Shown: piece after piece, positions 1 through 9,884 of the stretch | How the letters are laid out: each line of letters begins with the position of its first letter | Numbering within the stretch: position 1 is the first letter of the stretch | Sequence record: DRR723986_3278 | Length of the DNA: 35,344 nt | Strand: one strand, 5' to 3' | The notes under the pieces: model-generated | Seen by the model: only the letters and a program-made list of their open reading frames with translations | The model's database searches: none | Told to the model about the DNA's origin: nothing | Program-made: the position numbers and the translations under genes

Positions 1-1
1 A

Positions 2-748
2 CTTGCCGCCCTGTTCCAGCACCCGCATCAAGGGCATCATCGCCGACATAATGCGCCGGCCTTTGTCAAAATTGCCTTCAACGCGGCATGCATTCCAAAG
101 CGCGATATGCTCGCTTGGCAGAAAGTTTGACCCGGCACAGACCCAGCTTTTTGCACCCCATGCAAAGAATTCCAGCGCCTGATCATCCATGCCGCAAGAC
201 ATCTGGATATGCGGGTAATCGCGTGCCAGCAGATGCACGCGGTTGATATCGCCCGAGCTTTCTTTGATGGCGCAGAAATTGCGGCTGCGCCCCACCCGGT
301 CGAGAAATTCGGGGCCCATGTCAATGCCCATGCGGCCCGGGTAATTGTATAGCATGATAGGCAAATCGGCCGCGCGGTCGATGGCCAGCGCATTCAGGGC
401 GTTTTCGTGTTCGGTGGGCACGGCATAGGGCGGCGAGCCCACCAACAGCCCGGCGGCGCCGATTTTGGCCGCATGTTCGGCCATGGCCACCGAATCTGGC
501 TGGCGTATCGCCACTGTGCCCACAATCAGGGGCAGGCGGCGGCCGATGACATCTTTGACGAAACTGGCCATCTCGATCCGCTCTTGCAGGCTTTGGGCAT
601 AATATTCGCCCGTTGAGCCGCCGTTGATCAGGCCGTGCACGCCTGCGGCGATCAGATATTCGATCTGGGCGGCCAGCGCGTCGCGGTCTATGCTGCCATC
701 CTCACGGTGGGGTGTGATGACCGGCGTGTATATGCCGTCGAACTTCAT
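2..748 (-). CDS. Dihydrodipicolinate synthase (DapA/NAL) family aldolase/lyase; 3' end runs off the window
   Basis: Absent from the ORF track because there is no stop in the window. Translated by hand from ATG at 748: MKFDGIYTPVITPHREDGSIDRDAL...NGGSTGEYY...LYNYPGRMG...IKESSGD, i.e. the GSTGE motif, catalytic Tyr and Schiff-base Lys. ATGA overlap with the GntR stop. Confidence 0.92.
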   Translation of the reverse strand, partial: MKFDGIYTPVITPHREDGSIDRDALAAQIEYLIAAGVHGLINGGSTGEYYAQSLQERIEMASFVKDVIGRRLPLIVGTVAIRQPDSVAMAEHAAKIGAAGLLVGSPPYAVPTEHENALNALAIDRAADLPIMLYNYPGRMGIDMGPEFLDRVGRSRNFCAIKESSGDINRVHLLARDYPHIQMSCGMDDQALEFFAWGAKSWVCAGSNFLPSEHIALWNACRVEGNFDKGRRIMSAMMPLMRVLEQGGK

Positions 749-1467
749 TGCGTTCCTTTCTGGGTGGCAGGCCCAGTTGCAGGGCCAAGGGGGATCTGCA
801 TGCCAACTGGTGTGATGAAATTTTCGATTTCAGCCCGCGACAGTTCCCAGTGATCAAGGGCAAGCTGGGCCGCGCCATCGGCATCGCCTGTCTCGATCAG
901 GGCGATAAACTGGTCGTGCTGATCGGCGGCGATGCTTCTTTGGGTGGCCATCGATTGGTTGCGGGGGTTGTAAAATGCCATGCCAATGCGGGTATGATCG
1001 ATCAGCAGGCGCCGCAGGCTGGGTGTTAAAAATTCGTTATCGGCCATCTCGCCGATAATGGCGTGAAAGCGCTGGTTCATCAGCGCGCGCTGGGCTGTGT
1101 CACCATCACGAATTGCCTTGCGAAACAGGGTTTGCGCATCTTTCAGGCGCATGATCTGCGCCGGTGTGGCATGCTCGGCCGCCAGGCGCGAAACCGCCGC
1201 ATAGAGCATAGGCGCCGCCATAAAGAAATTGCGCATGGTTTTATGTGTCATCGGCGCAACCTGCGCGCCGCGATTTTTGTGCAACACAACATAGCCTTCG
1301 CCGGCCAGCTGGTTGAGCAGCTCGCGCAGCGGTGGGCGGGAAATCTGATATGCCTCCGACAGCTCGGCCTCGTCCAGATAGGCGCCGGGCTGAAACGCCT
1401 GCGTCAGTATCTTTTGGCGGATATCTTCGGCGCATTGCACCTTTTTGTTGATCGATTTTTCGCTCAA
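745..1467 (-). CDS. GntR family (FadR subfamily, FCD domain) transcriptional regulator
   Basis: wHTH LDEAELSEAYQISRPPLRELL..LAGEGYV; FCD-like NQRFH...QH...DH; TTG start preceded by GGAGG. Confidence 0.93.
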   Translation of the reverse strand: MSEKSINKKVQCAEDIRQKILTQAFQPGAYLDEAELSEAYQISRPPLRELLNQLAGEGYVVLHKNRGAQVAPMTHKTMRNFFMAAPMLYAAVSRLAAEHATPAQIMRLKDAQTLFRKAIRDGDTAQRALMNQRFHAIIGEMADNEFLTPSLRRLLIDHTRIGMAFYNPRNQSMATQRSIAADQHDQFIALIETGDADGAAQLALDHWELSRAEIENFITPVGMQIPLGPATGPATQKGTQ

Positions 1468-1517
1468 ACGCCCGCCTCCAATTTGGCCAGGGCCCGTGTA
1501 GCACGATAAAATACAAT

Positions 1518-1527
1518 TTGTCTACAA
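1518..1527. promoter_or_regulatory. Candidate GntR/FadR-type operator TTGT-CT-ACAA upstream of gntR
   Basis: Palindrome TTGTCTACAA about 50 bp upstream of the gntR start, with an adjacent half-site ATACAA (1511-1516). Matches the GT-N-AC core typical of GntR operators. Confidence 0.6.
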
Positions 1528-1729
1528 TGGGTGTGAAAATTCAAAAACACCACTGCTCCACATGCCAAAGCTGGATACAGGCCCATGGGCCGCCTGCCGT
1601 GCCTAAGGGGCCAATCTGCAGCCGGTTTCACCGAGCTGGGGCGCGTTTCTGCGCCACGCGCGGGCCAGTTTCTGCGTTAAGGCGCGCCGCCATCTTGGTT
1701 AGGCGCGGTGCTGGCGCCCGCGGGCGGGG

Positions 1730-3370
1730 TTACGACGGCACCGCCTGCCCGGCAGATGCGCCACCGTTGCTGTCAAATGTGCTGTGGCCTGGGGCTGCAG
1801 ACAAAAGTGCACGGGTGTAGGGGTGTTGCGGGTTGGCAAAAACCTGCGCAGTTGGGCCGCTTTCCACCACGATGCCCTTTTGCATCACCATGATCCGGTC
1901 GCAGATTTGGGCAGCAACGCGCAGATCATGGGTGATGAACAGCATGGCAAGATCGAATTTCTCTTTCACATCTTCCAACAAATCCAGCACCTGCGCCTGC
2001 ACCGATACATCCAGTGCGGAAACCGCCTCGTCTGCGATCAGCACCATTGGTTCCATGGCCAGGGCGCGGGCGATGCATATGCGCTGGCGCTGACCCCCTG
2101 AAAACTGGTGCGGAAAGCGATCAAGCGCTTCTGGGGCCAAGCCCACAATCGACATCAGGCGGCGCGCCCTTTCCAACGCCTCGGCTGGGCTTACGCCAAA
2201 ATTCACCGGCCCTTCGGTGATAGACTGGCCCACCGTTCTGCGTGGGTTCAGCGAGCGGTAGGGATCTTGGAAAACAATTTGAATATCGCGGCGGTGCTGG
2301 CGCAGCTGGCTTTCTGCAATCGTGGCGATATTGGTATCGCCTATCAGCACCTCGCCCGAGGTTGGATCGATCAGGCGCATGACGCAGCGCGCCACTGTTG
2401 ATTTGCCTGACCCGCTTTCCCCGACAATGCCCAATGTCTCGCCGCGGCGCACCTGGAAATTCACATCATTGGCGGCATTCACAACCCGGCCACCGCCAAG
2501 CAGCCCCAAAGAGCCGTATTGCTTGTTCAAATTTGCAGCAGATAAGGCCACTGGCCCGGCCACGGGCGCGCGGCTGGGGGGTGTCATGGATGGCACGGCA
2601 TTGATCAGCATTTTCGTATAGGGGTGGCTGGGGGCGCCCAGCACCTGCGCCACAGGGCCCTGTTCCACGATCTGGCCGTTTTGCATAACCACCACGCGAT
2701 CTGCAATATCGGCCACCACCCCGAAATCATGGGTGATAAACAAAACCCCCATGCCGCGGCGGGTTTGCAGCTCTTTGATCAGTGCCAAGATCTGGGCCTG
2801 GGTGGTAACATCCAGCGCCGTTGTCGGCTCGTCTGCGATCAACAGCACCGGTTCCAGCACCAAAGACATGGCGATAACGATGCGCTGGCGCTGCCCGCCT
2901 GACAGCTGATGCGGGAACGAATGATACATTTTCTCGGGGTCGGGCAGCTGCACATCGCGCATGGCTTGCAGCACTTTGGCCTTGCGTTTGGCGGCGCCGA
3001 AATTTGTATGAATTTCCAGCATTTCGCCAATCTGCTGGCCCACGGGCGCCACCGGGTTTAACGCGGTCATCGGCTCTTGGAAAATCATCGCCATTTTTTC
3101 ACCGCGCAGGCGGCGGATTTCTGCAGCGCTGGCCCCCAGAATATTTTTGCCCTCTAGCCGTATTTCACCGGCCACCGGGGTTAGGGCACGTTTGTCGTGC
3201 AGGCCCATCACGGTGAACGAGGTGACAGATTTGCCAGAGCCACTTTCGCCCACAACACACACAATCTCGCCGGCATTGACGCTGAATGTGATGTCTTGAA
3301 TGGCAAAGGGCCGATCTGCCCCCTTTGGCAGGCTGACCGACAGGTTTTCGATCTGCAGGATAGGTGTCAT
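1730..3370 (-). CDS. Peptide/nickel/opine ABC transporter ATP-binding protein (two fused ATPase domains)
   Basis: Two GESGSGKS Walker A motifs, LSGGQRQR and FSGGQRQR signatures, two HPYT motifs. Confidence 0.96.
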   Translation of the reverse strand: MTPILQIENLSVSLPKGADRPFAIQDITFSVNAGEIVCVVGESGSGKSVTSFTVMGLHDKRALTPVAGEIRLEGKNILGASAAEIRRLRGEKMAMIFQEPMTALNPVAPVGQQIGEMLEIHTNFGAAKRKAKVLQAMRDVQLPDPEKMYHSFPHQLSGGQRQRIVIAMSLVLEPVLLIADEPTTALDVTTQAQILALIKELQTRRGMGVLFITHDFGVVADIADRVVVMQNGQIVEQGPVAQVLGAPSHPYTKMLINAVPSMTPPSRAPVAGPVALSAANLNKQYGSLGLLGGGRVVNAANDVNFQVRRGETLGIVGESGSGKSTVARCVMRLIDPTSGEVLIGDTNIATIAESQLRQHRRDIQIVFQDPYRSLNPRRTVGQSITEGPVNFGVSPAEALERARRLMSIVGLAPEALDRFPHQFSGGQRQRICIARALAMEPMVLIADEAVSALDVSVQAQVLDLLEDVKEKFDLAMLFITHDLRVAAQICDRIMVMQKGIVVESGPTAQVFANPQHPYTRALLSAAPGHSTFDSNGGASAGQAVPS

Positions 3371-4239
3371 CGCATGGTCCTTGCAATGCGCGGGTCAAGT
3401 GAATCGCGCAGGCCGTCGCCGACGATATTCACCGCCAGCACGGTTACGGCCAGTGCAGCGCCGGGGAAAAAGATGATCCACGGGGTCAGTTGAAAAAACG
3501 TGCGCCCCTCAGACATGATATTGCCCCACGAGGGAATTTCCGGCGGTATGCCCGCGCCCAAAAAGCCCAATATCGCCTCGGTCAGCATGGCCGAGCCACA
3601 GACATAGGTTGCCTGCACGATCAGCGGTGCAATGGTATTTGGCAGCACATGCCGGCCCATGATCAGCCAGGTTTTGGTGCCCGCGGCAATAGCAGCCTCG
3701 ACATAGGGTTCTTCGCGCACAGTCAGCACAACCGATCGCACCAGCCGCACCACGCGCGGAATTTCAGGAATGACAATGGCCGCCACCACAGTCAGCAGCG
3801 TGGCCCCAGACAGCGAGATCAGCGCGATGGCCAACAAAATGGCGGGAATAGACATAAGCCCATCCATGACCCGCATGATCAGCGCATCCATATAACGGAA
3901 ATAGCCCGCCACCAGCCCCAGAAACAGGCCAATCGCAATCGAGATCACGGCAACGGCTGTGCCCACTGTCAACGAGATGCGCGCGCCGTTGATCACGCGG
4001 CTAAACACATCGCGCCCCAGCTGGTCGGTGCCAAACAGCCCGTGTTCGCCCGGTGGTTTCAGGCGGCTCATCGGGTTGATATCCATCGGGTCGGCGGTGA
4101 AAAGCCCGCCGATCAGCGCCACAATCGCAATGATGACCAGCATCAAGCCGCCCCAAAAAACCGAACGGTTGCGCAGGGCGATCCGCCAGATCGAGGGCTG
4201 GTCGGGGGTTTGCGGCAGGGTGGGTGCGTTTTGTACCAT
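3367..4239 (-). CDS. Peptide ABC transporter permease (DppC/OppC-like)
   Basis: FGTDQLGRDVFSR, EAA loop YVEAAIAAG, SWGNIM, GDGLRDSLDPR. ATG at 4239 overlaps the upstream TGA (TGATG). Confidence 0.95.
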   Translation of the reverse strand: MVQNAPTLPQTPDQPSIWRIALRNRSVFWGGLMLVIIAIVALIGGLFTADPMDINPMSRLKPPGEHGLFGTDQLGRDVFSRVINGARISLTVGTAVAVISIAIGLFLGLVAGYFRYMDALIMRVMDGLMSIPAILLAIALISLSGATLLTVVAAIVIPEIPRVVRLVRSVVLTVREEPYVEAAIAAGTKTWLIMGRHVLPNTIAPLIVQATYVCGSAMLTEAILGFLGAGIPPEIPSWGNIMSEGRTFFQLTPWIIFFPGAALAVTVLAVNIVGDGLRDSLDPRIARTMR

Positions 4240-5183
4240 CAATACCGAATCCTTGGATCAAGAAGCGAATAGCTGAGATCGATCAGCAAGTTCAGCACAA
4301 TGTAGATAAAGCTGAAAAACAGGATCAGCCCCTGAATGATTGGGTAATCGCGCGCCAAAACCGCATCTAGCACCAGCCGCCCAAGGCCGGGAATGTTGTA
4401 AACGCTTTCGGTCACCACCACGCCACCAATCAGCAGGGCGATGCCAATGCCAATAACGGTGATAATGGGCACAGCAGCGTTGCGCAGGGCATGGCGCATC
4501 AGCACCTTAAGCTCGCTTTGGCCTTTGGCACGGGCGGTGCGCACGTAATCTTCTTCTAGCACTTCGATCACCGAGGCGCGTGTCATGCGGGCGATCAGGG
4601 CAATGAAAATCACGCTTAATGTCAGGGTGGGCAGGGTGATATGGGCAAAAAACGGGCCGATCCCCTCGATGAAGGGCGATTTATACCCCTGCACGGGGAG
4701 CCAGCGCAGCTTTAGCGACAACACATAAATCAGCACATAGCCCAGCACGAATACCGGCACCGAAAAGCCGCCAACCGAAAACAGCATCACCACCCGGTCT
4801 ATCCAGCTGCCGGCGCGATAGGCGGCAATTGTGCCCAGCGGCACCGCCACCAAAACCGAGAAAATAATGGTGGTCAGCGCCAACAACATGGTGGGCTCGA
4901 TCCGCTGTGCGATCAGCTGCGATACGGGTTTGCTTGAAAAAATCGAGGTGCCCAAATCACCCTGCGCCAGCTGCCCCAGCCAGCGGGTGAATTGCACCAC
5001 GATCGGTTCCGACAGGCCCAGCTGTTCGCGGATGCGCTGCACATCTTCTGCGGTGGCGTAATCGCCCGCGATAACGGCCGCCGGATCGCCGGGCGACAGG
5101 CGCAACATCAAGAATACAAAAAGCGCCACAATCACCATCACCGGGATGGTCATTAAGATACGTTTGAAAATGTAGAATAACAC
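4239..5183 (-). CDS. Peptide ABC transporter permease (DppB/OppB-like)
   Basis: PGDPA, GDLGTS, DYVRTARAKG, RHALRNA, DPRIRY motifs; GTG start. Confidence 0.95.
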   Translation of the reverse strand: MLFYIFKRILMTIPVMVIVALFVFLMLRLSPGDPAAVIAGDYATAEDVQRIREQLGLSEPIVVQFTRWLGQLAQGDLGTSIFSSKPVSQLIAQRIEPTMLLALTTIIFSVLVAVPLGTIAAYRAGSWIDRVVMLFSVGGFSVPVFVLGYVLIYVLSLKLRWLPVQGYKSPFIEGIGPFFAHITLPTLTLSVIFIALIARMTRASVIEVLEEDYVRTARAKGQSELKVLMRHALRNAAVPIITVIGIGIALLIGGVVVTESVYNIPGLGRLVLDAVLARDYPIIQGLILFFSFIYIVLNLLIDLSYSLLDPRIRY

Positions 5184-5203
5184 TGCCTGGCCCCCGCATA
5201 TAT

Positions 5204-5231
5204 GCCCGGCACAGCTTGGGCCGTGCCGGGC
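5204..5231 (-). other. Intercistronic stem-loop after the substrate-binding protein gene (mRNA stabiliser or partial terminator)
   Basis: On the - strand GCCCGGCACGGC-CCAA-GCTGTGCCGGGC: a 12-bp stem with one G-U pair and no strong U tract. Confidence 0.6.
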
Positions 5232-5249
5232 GTTTTCTTGTTTGGGTGT

Positions 5250-6845
5250 CTATTCGACCGACATGTTCCAGAAGAACTGGACAGGCGATTTGATCAGCCC
5301 TTTGACGTTGTTGCGATAGGCAACAGGGGTAAAGAACTGGCCCAGCTGCCCCGAGGCACCAATGGCCCAAAGCCGCTCTTGCACCTTGGCTGCGATGGTT
5401 TTCTTTTCCTCAAGGCTGCTGGCCGTGGCAAAGGCCGCGCGTGCCTCTTCCAATGCCGGGTCATTTGCCCAGCCAAACCAGCCCTTATCGGGGTTACCCG
5501 AAAACGCGATTGCCATCGGGTCGATCACATCGGCGCCAATCCACCATGTGTGGAACATGTTCCAGCCGCCCTCGCCCACCGGGTCGCGCAAGGCGCGCCG
5601 CGAGGTCAGCGTAGACCAATCCATGGCCTCTAGTTTCACGTTAAAGCCCGCATCGCGCAGCTTTTCTGCTGTAACCAGCGAAAAGGCCGACAGCACAGCA
5701 ATATCGGTTGGCTGCATGATCACCACCGGGGTGCCATCATAGCCTGCTGCCTGCAGCGCGGCCTTGGCGGCATTGGCATCGCCTGTGGCCATCAAATCTG
5801 CGCCCACATCGTTTTGCAGCGGCGTGCCACAGGGGAAAACCGAATAGCAGGTTTTCCAGAATTGCGGGTCGCCAATACCGGCGGCCAGGTAATCTTCCTG
5901 CTTCATGGCCATAATCGCTGCGCGGCGGATATCGGCATTGTCAAACGGCGGCAGCACATGGTTGAACCGGGCAAAGCCGATGTTGCCCAGCGGGTCGTTC
6001 ACCTCGACGGTAACATCGGGGTTGCTCGACAAAATCGGCGCCAGGTCAGGCGCGGGGGATTCGTAGAAATCTACCTCGCCCGCCATCAGCGCGTTCATTG
6101 CGGTTGTCGCATCGGGGAAATATTGCCAAATGACCTTGTCTACCTTGGCCAGTTTGCCCCCGGCCGCGGCCGAGGCTGGCTCGCTGCGGGGCACGTAATC
6201 TTCGAACTTGGTATAGACCACGGTCGAACCGGGCACCCACTGATCTGCCTGGAACACGAACGGACCCGAGCCGATATATTCGGTGATCTGTTCGAAAGGA
6301 TCTGTTTCTGCAATGCGCTTTGGCATGATGAACGGCACGTTCGACGAAATCTTGCCGATCGATTCCAGCACCAAACCATAGGGTTTTTGCAGCGTCATCA
6401 CCACGGTTTTGGCATCGGACGCCTCAAGGCTTTCGATCACGCCAAACAGCTGCTGGCCCATACCGTCGCGGGCGCCCCAGCGTTTCAGCGATGCCACAAC
6501 ATCTTCGCCCGTAACTGGCGCGCCATCGTGGAATTTCAGCCCGTCGCGCAACACGAAAGTCCATACCAGACCATCGGCAGAGGTGCTCCAAGTATCAACC
6601 ATTTGCGGTTGTGGGGTAAAGCTTTCGTCCATCGCAAACAGCGTGTCGTAAATCATATACCCGTGGTTTCGCGAGATATAGGCCGTGGTCCATATCGGAT
6701 CGAGGTTTTTCAAATCTGCGTGCGGTATCACACGCAAAACACTTTCCGCACTGGCTGTGGTTGCCATAGCAGTGGCGACCAATGGCATGGCGAAACCAGC
6801 CGCCAACAGTGCGCGCCTTGTTATCTTTCCAACTTGTGAAAACAT
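5250..6845 (-). CDS. ABC transporter substrate-binding protein, family 5 (DppA-like), possible Tat signal
   Basis: LDPIWTTAYI, IYDTLF, LRDGLKFHDG, IGSGPF motifs; N-terminal TRRALL followed by a hydrophobic stretch and ASA cleavage site. Confidence 0.95.
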   Translation of the reverse strand: MFSQVGKITRRALLAAGFAMPLVATAMATTASAESVLRVIPHADLKNLDPIWTTAYISRNHGYMIYDTLFAMDESFTPQPQMVDTWSTSADGLVWTFVLRDGLKFHDGAPVTGEDVVASLKRWGARDGMGQQLFGVIESLEASDAKTVVMTLQKPYGLVLESIGKISSNVPFIMPKRIAETDPFEQITEYIGSGPFVFQADQWVPGSTVVYTKFEDYVPRSEPASAAAGGKLAKVDKVIWQYFPDATTAMNALMAGEVDFYESPAPDLAPILSSNPDVTVEVNDPLGNIGFARFNHVLPPFDNADIRRAAIMAMKQEDYLAAGIGDPQFWKTCYSVFPCGTPLQNDVGADLMATGDANAAKAALQAAGYDGTPVVIMQPTDIAVLSAFSLVTAEKLRDAGFNVKLEAMDWSTLTSRRALRDPVGEGGWNMFHTWWIGADVIDPMAIAFSGNPDKGWFGWANDPALEEARAAFATASSLEEKKTIAAKVQERLWAIGASGQLGQFFTPVAYRNNVKGLIKSPVQFFWNMSVE

Positions 6846-7119
6846 TGACGTCTCCCTGTTTTGCGCCGGTCTTACGGGCCGGCATCCGGTTCTCTTCCCC
6901 CAAGCTTCCGGTCAGCTCTGCCCTGCTGTCAAGTTTTCCGTTTAGCGCAAACAAGAAAATTTGCTTTCTGCACAGGAATCGGCATTCTGTTAGTGTGCAA
7001 ATGATGAGTATTTCACGCATCTTCTTCTTATGCGCGCATTTTGTGTTGATTTTGCGCGCGCATCTGCAAGGCCTGCACAACCAAAGCTTGAAACTGTATC
7101 GCCCCCGTAAAGGAGCGCC

Positions 7120-8559
7120 ATGACTCGAATCGCAATTGCCGGGTTTCAACACGAAACCAATACATTCGCCCCAGACGAGACAACGCTTGAGCATTTTGTG
7201 CAGGCCGGGGCGTGGCCTGCCATGACGCGTGGCGATGATATTTTTTCTGTGTTTCAGGGGCTCAACATTCCGATCAGCGGCTTTATCCAGGCCTGCCCAT
7301 TCCAGATGGTGCCTATCCTTTGGGCCATGGCCGAGCCTGGTGGCTACGTTACCGACCATGCATTCGACACGATCACCGGCGAAATTGTTGAAGGTATTGC
7401 ACAGGCCAACCCCCAAGCGGTGTATCTTGATTTGCACGGTGCCATGGTTACCCGCACCCACCCAGATGCCGAGGCTGAGATATTGCGCCGCATCCGCGCG
7501 CGCATGGGCGATGCGCTGCCAATCGTGGTTAGCCTAGATCTGCACGGCAATCTAAGCCCGGCTTTTTTCCAATTGGCCAGCGCGGTTACAATCTACCGCA
7601 CCTATCCCCATACCGATTTTGCAGATACCGGCGCGCGGGCCGCACAGCTGTTGCAGCGCGTCTTGGCCGGGCCCTTGTGCAAGGCCTATCGCCAGGGTGA
7701 TTTTATCACGCCAATCACGGCCCAAACCACCCATGCCAGCCCCGCGCGCGAGCTGTATCAAGGCCTGTTGCGGCATGCGCCGGCCTCGGTGGATCTGGCG
7801 CTGGGCTTTCCCCCTGCTGATATCCCCGATTGTGGGCCAGCCATCTTTGCCTATGCCGAAACCCAAGCGGCGGCAGATGCCGCAGCCGATAGCGTGGCCC
7901 AGGCGCTGCAACAGGCCAAGCCAGTTTTTGACGCCAGATTGCTGCCAGCCGATCAGGCCGTGCGCCAGGCCATGGCCATGCCGGGCCCGGTGCTGATTGC
8001 CGACCCCCAGGATAACCCCGGCGCCGGGGGCACATCGGATACCACTGGCGTTTTGCAGGCGCTCATTGCCAATAACGCCCCCGATGCGGTGCTGTCTTTG
8101 CTGCATGATCCCGCCGCCGCCACCGCCGCGCATGCCGCGGGTGTTGGGGCGCAGCTGGATATTGCCTTGGGGGGCGGGCACCCTGAATATGCCCAGCCCG
8201 TGCAGGCCAAGGTGCAGGTGATCGCGCTATCTGATGGCAATTTTACATGCACCGGGCCGATGTTTGGCGGCGCGCGCGCACATTTGGGGCCAATGGCCGC
8301 CTTGCAGCTGGTGGGAACCGGTATTCAGGTTGTTGTTGGCTCAACCCGCTGCCAAAACCTGGATCAAGAGTTTTTCAGGGCCGTTGGTATAGAGCCTGCA
8401 GATCATGCCATTGTCTGTGTGAAAAGCGCGGTGCATTTCATGGCCGATTACACCCGCATTTCCGACCGTGTGCTGTTTGCGGTGGCGCCGGGTGCCAACC
8501 CGTGTGATTTACGGCAAATCCCCTACACCAAATTGCGGGCGGGCGTTACGCTGTTGTAA
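7120..8559 (+). CDS. M81 family (MlrC-like) metallopeptidase
   Basis: HETNTF, LDLHGAM, DLHGN, YRTYPHTD, DNPGAGG, VKSAVHF motifs; AGGAG RBS. Confidence 0.92.
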   Translation: MTRIAIAGFQHETNTFAPDETTLEHFVQAGAWPAMTRGDDIFSVFQGLNIPISGFIQACPFQMVPILWAMAEPGGYVTDHAFDTITGEIVEGIAQANPQAVYLDLHGAMVTRTHPDAEAEILRRIRARMGDALPIVVSLDLHGNLSPAFFQLASAVTIYRTYPHTDFADTGARAAQLLQRVLAGPLCKAYRQGDFITPITAQTTHASPARELYQGLLRHAPASVDLALGFPPADIPDCGPAIFAYAETQAAADAAADSVAQALQQAKPVFDARLLPADQAVRQAMAMPGPVLIADPQDNPGAGGTSDTTGVLQALIANNAPDAVLSLLHDPAAATAAHAAGVGAQLDIALGGGHPEYAQPVQAKVQVIALSDGNFTCTGPMFGGARAHLGPMAALQLVGTGIQVVVGSTRCQNLDQEFFRAVGIEPADHAIVCVKSAVHFMADYTRISDRVLFAVAPGANPCDLRQIPYTKLRAGVTLL

Positions 8560-8565
8560 CACCCG

Positions 8566-9699
8566 CTAGTGTAGCTGCGTCAAAAGGGCGGCAATCAGGC
8601 GCGCGCGCTCGGGCAGGCTGGATACCTCGATATATTCGCCCAACGTGTGCAGCCCCTGCCCGCGCACGCCGATGGAATCAAGCGTGGGTATGCCCAAAAA
8701 CCCGGTAAAATTGCCGTCAGATCCGCCGCCTGCGCTTTGGCCCGTCAAATCAAAACCCATCTGCGCGCAAATCTCTTTGGCCAGATCAAATATCGCCATG
8801 GTGCCCGGCTGGCCCGGCTGCCACACCGGGCGCGTAACACCGCGGCTGACGTGAAACTCCACGCCATCCTCTTCGCCCTGCAGCGCCAGCATGGCGGCGA
8901 CACCCCGGTCTAGGTCTTCTTGGGTTTTCGCCATGCTCAGCGCCTCGGCCTGGCAGCGAGAGGCCACGCAGTTTACCCATTGGCCCGCATTGATGACCCC
9001 AACCGAGAACGTGCAGCTGTCATTTGTCATCGCCTCGATCTGCAAAATCTTGCGCGCCATCGCAGCGATGGCCGATCGCCCATCGGCCAGGGCAGCCCCG
9101 GCATGGCTGGGCCTGCCTTGGGTGCGCAGATTGAACCGGGCAATGGCATAGCGCCCAATAACAGCGCCGCCATCCGGGCGGGCAGGTTCTGGCACCAATA
9201 CATATTTGTTGCGCCGCGCCTCGGCCTCGATCAGCGCGCGTGTCGAGGGCGTGCCCACCTCTTCGTCTGGGGTAAAGAGCACGGTCACCGGCAGGTTGGT
9301 TTTCAGCCCCGCGGCGGCCAGGGCCTTGATCGCCTCGAGGCTGACAAAATTGCCGCCCTTCATATCCATGATGCCGGGGCCATAGCATTTATCGCCGTCG
9401 CGGTGAAATGGCAGCTGTGCCAGCGTTCCAATCGGGTGCACTGTATCCATATGACCCAAGATCAAAATACCGGGTTGCCCCTGTTCTGGGTGTGGAAAGC
9501 GCGCCCGCACCGACCCGCCATAGCCCATGCGCCCGGCAATATGTTCAACATGCGCGCCCGCAACAGCCAGATCGTGGCCTGCAAGCGCCATCATACGGTT
9601 CACGGCAGCTGCATCGAACGTGGGGCTTTCACATTCAATCCACGGGCGTAGCCGTGCCAGCATGTCGTCGGTGTCGAAAGACAGGTTCAGCGCGTCCAT
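8566..9699 (-). CDS. M20 family metallohydrolase (glutamate carboxypeptidase/CPG2-like)
   Basis: GHMDTV, GPGIMDMKGG, DEEVG, GGGSDGNF and LHT.GEY motifs. Confidence 0.92.
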   Translation of the reverse strand: MDALNLSFDTDDMLARLRPWIECESPTFDAAAVNRMMALAGHDLAVAGAHVEHIAGRMGYGGSVRARFPHPEQGQPGILILGHMDTVHPIGTLAQLPFHRDGDKCYGPGIMDMKGGNFVSLEAIKALAAAGLKTNLPVTVLFTPDEEVGTPSTRALIEAEARRNKYVLVPEPARPDGGAVIGRYAIARFNLRTQGRPSHAGAALADGRSAIAAMARKILQIEAMTNDSCTFSVGVINAGQWVNCVASRCQAEALSMAKTQEDLDRGVAAMLALQGEEDGVEFHVSRGVTRPVWQPGQPGTMAIFDLAKEICAQMGFDLTGQSAGGGSDGNFTGFLGIPTLDSIGVRGQGLHTLGEYIEVSSLPERARLIAALLTQLH

Positions 9700-9884
9700 G
9701 TGGCCCCTCGCTATGGTGTCATAGCCAAACAGTGCCAGCGCGCCGCTATATTGGCAAGCACGCGCTGCCCCGGCCGGGGTGTGGGGCCGCCTGTGGGTGT
9801 GAAACAGCAGCGATGCAATAGTTGGCGGATGTGCCTAACCACGATTTGCACCTGTTTCTTGCCGCTGTTTGTTGAGAAAGAGAA

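Noticed and set aside
5814-6839. 341-aa ORF on the + strand
   Set aside because: It is the antisense shadow of the well-supported binding-protein gene. It has no recognisable motifs, and long antisense frames are expected with GC-biased codon usage.
7120-8559. Microcystin-degradation (mlr) cluster
   Set aside because: Only an MlrC-family member is present. There is no mlrA, mlrB or mlrD, and M81 proteins are widespread outside that pathway.
9723-9737. Possible sigma-54 promoter TGGCAC...GC on the - strand upstream of the M20 gene
   Set aside because: The GG-to-GC spacing is 9 bp rather than the required 10.
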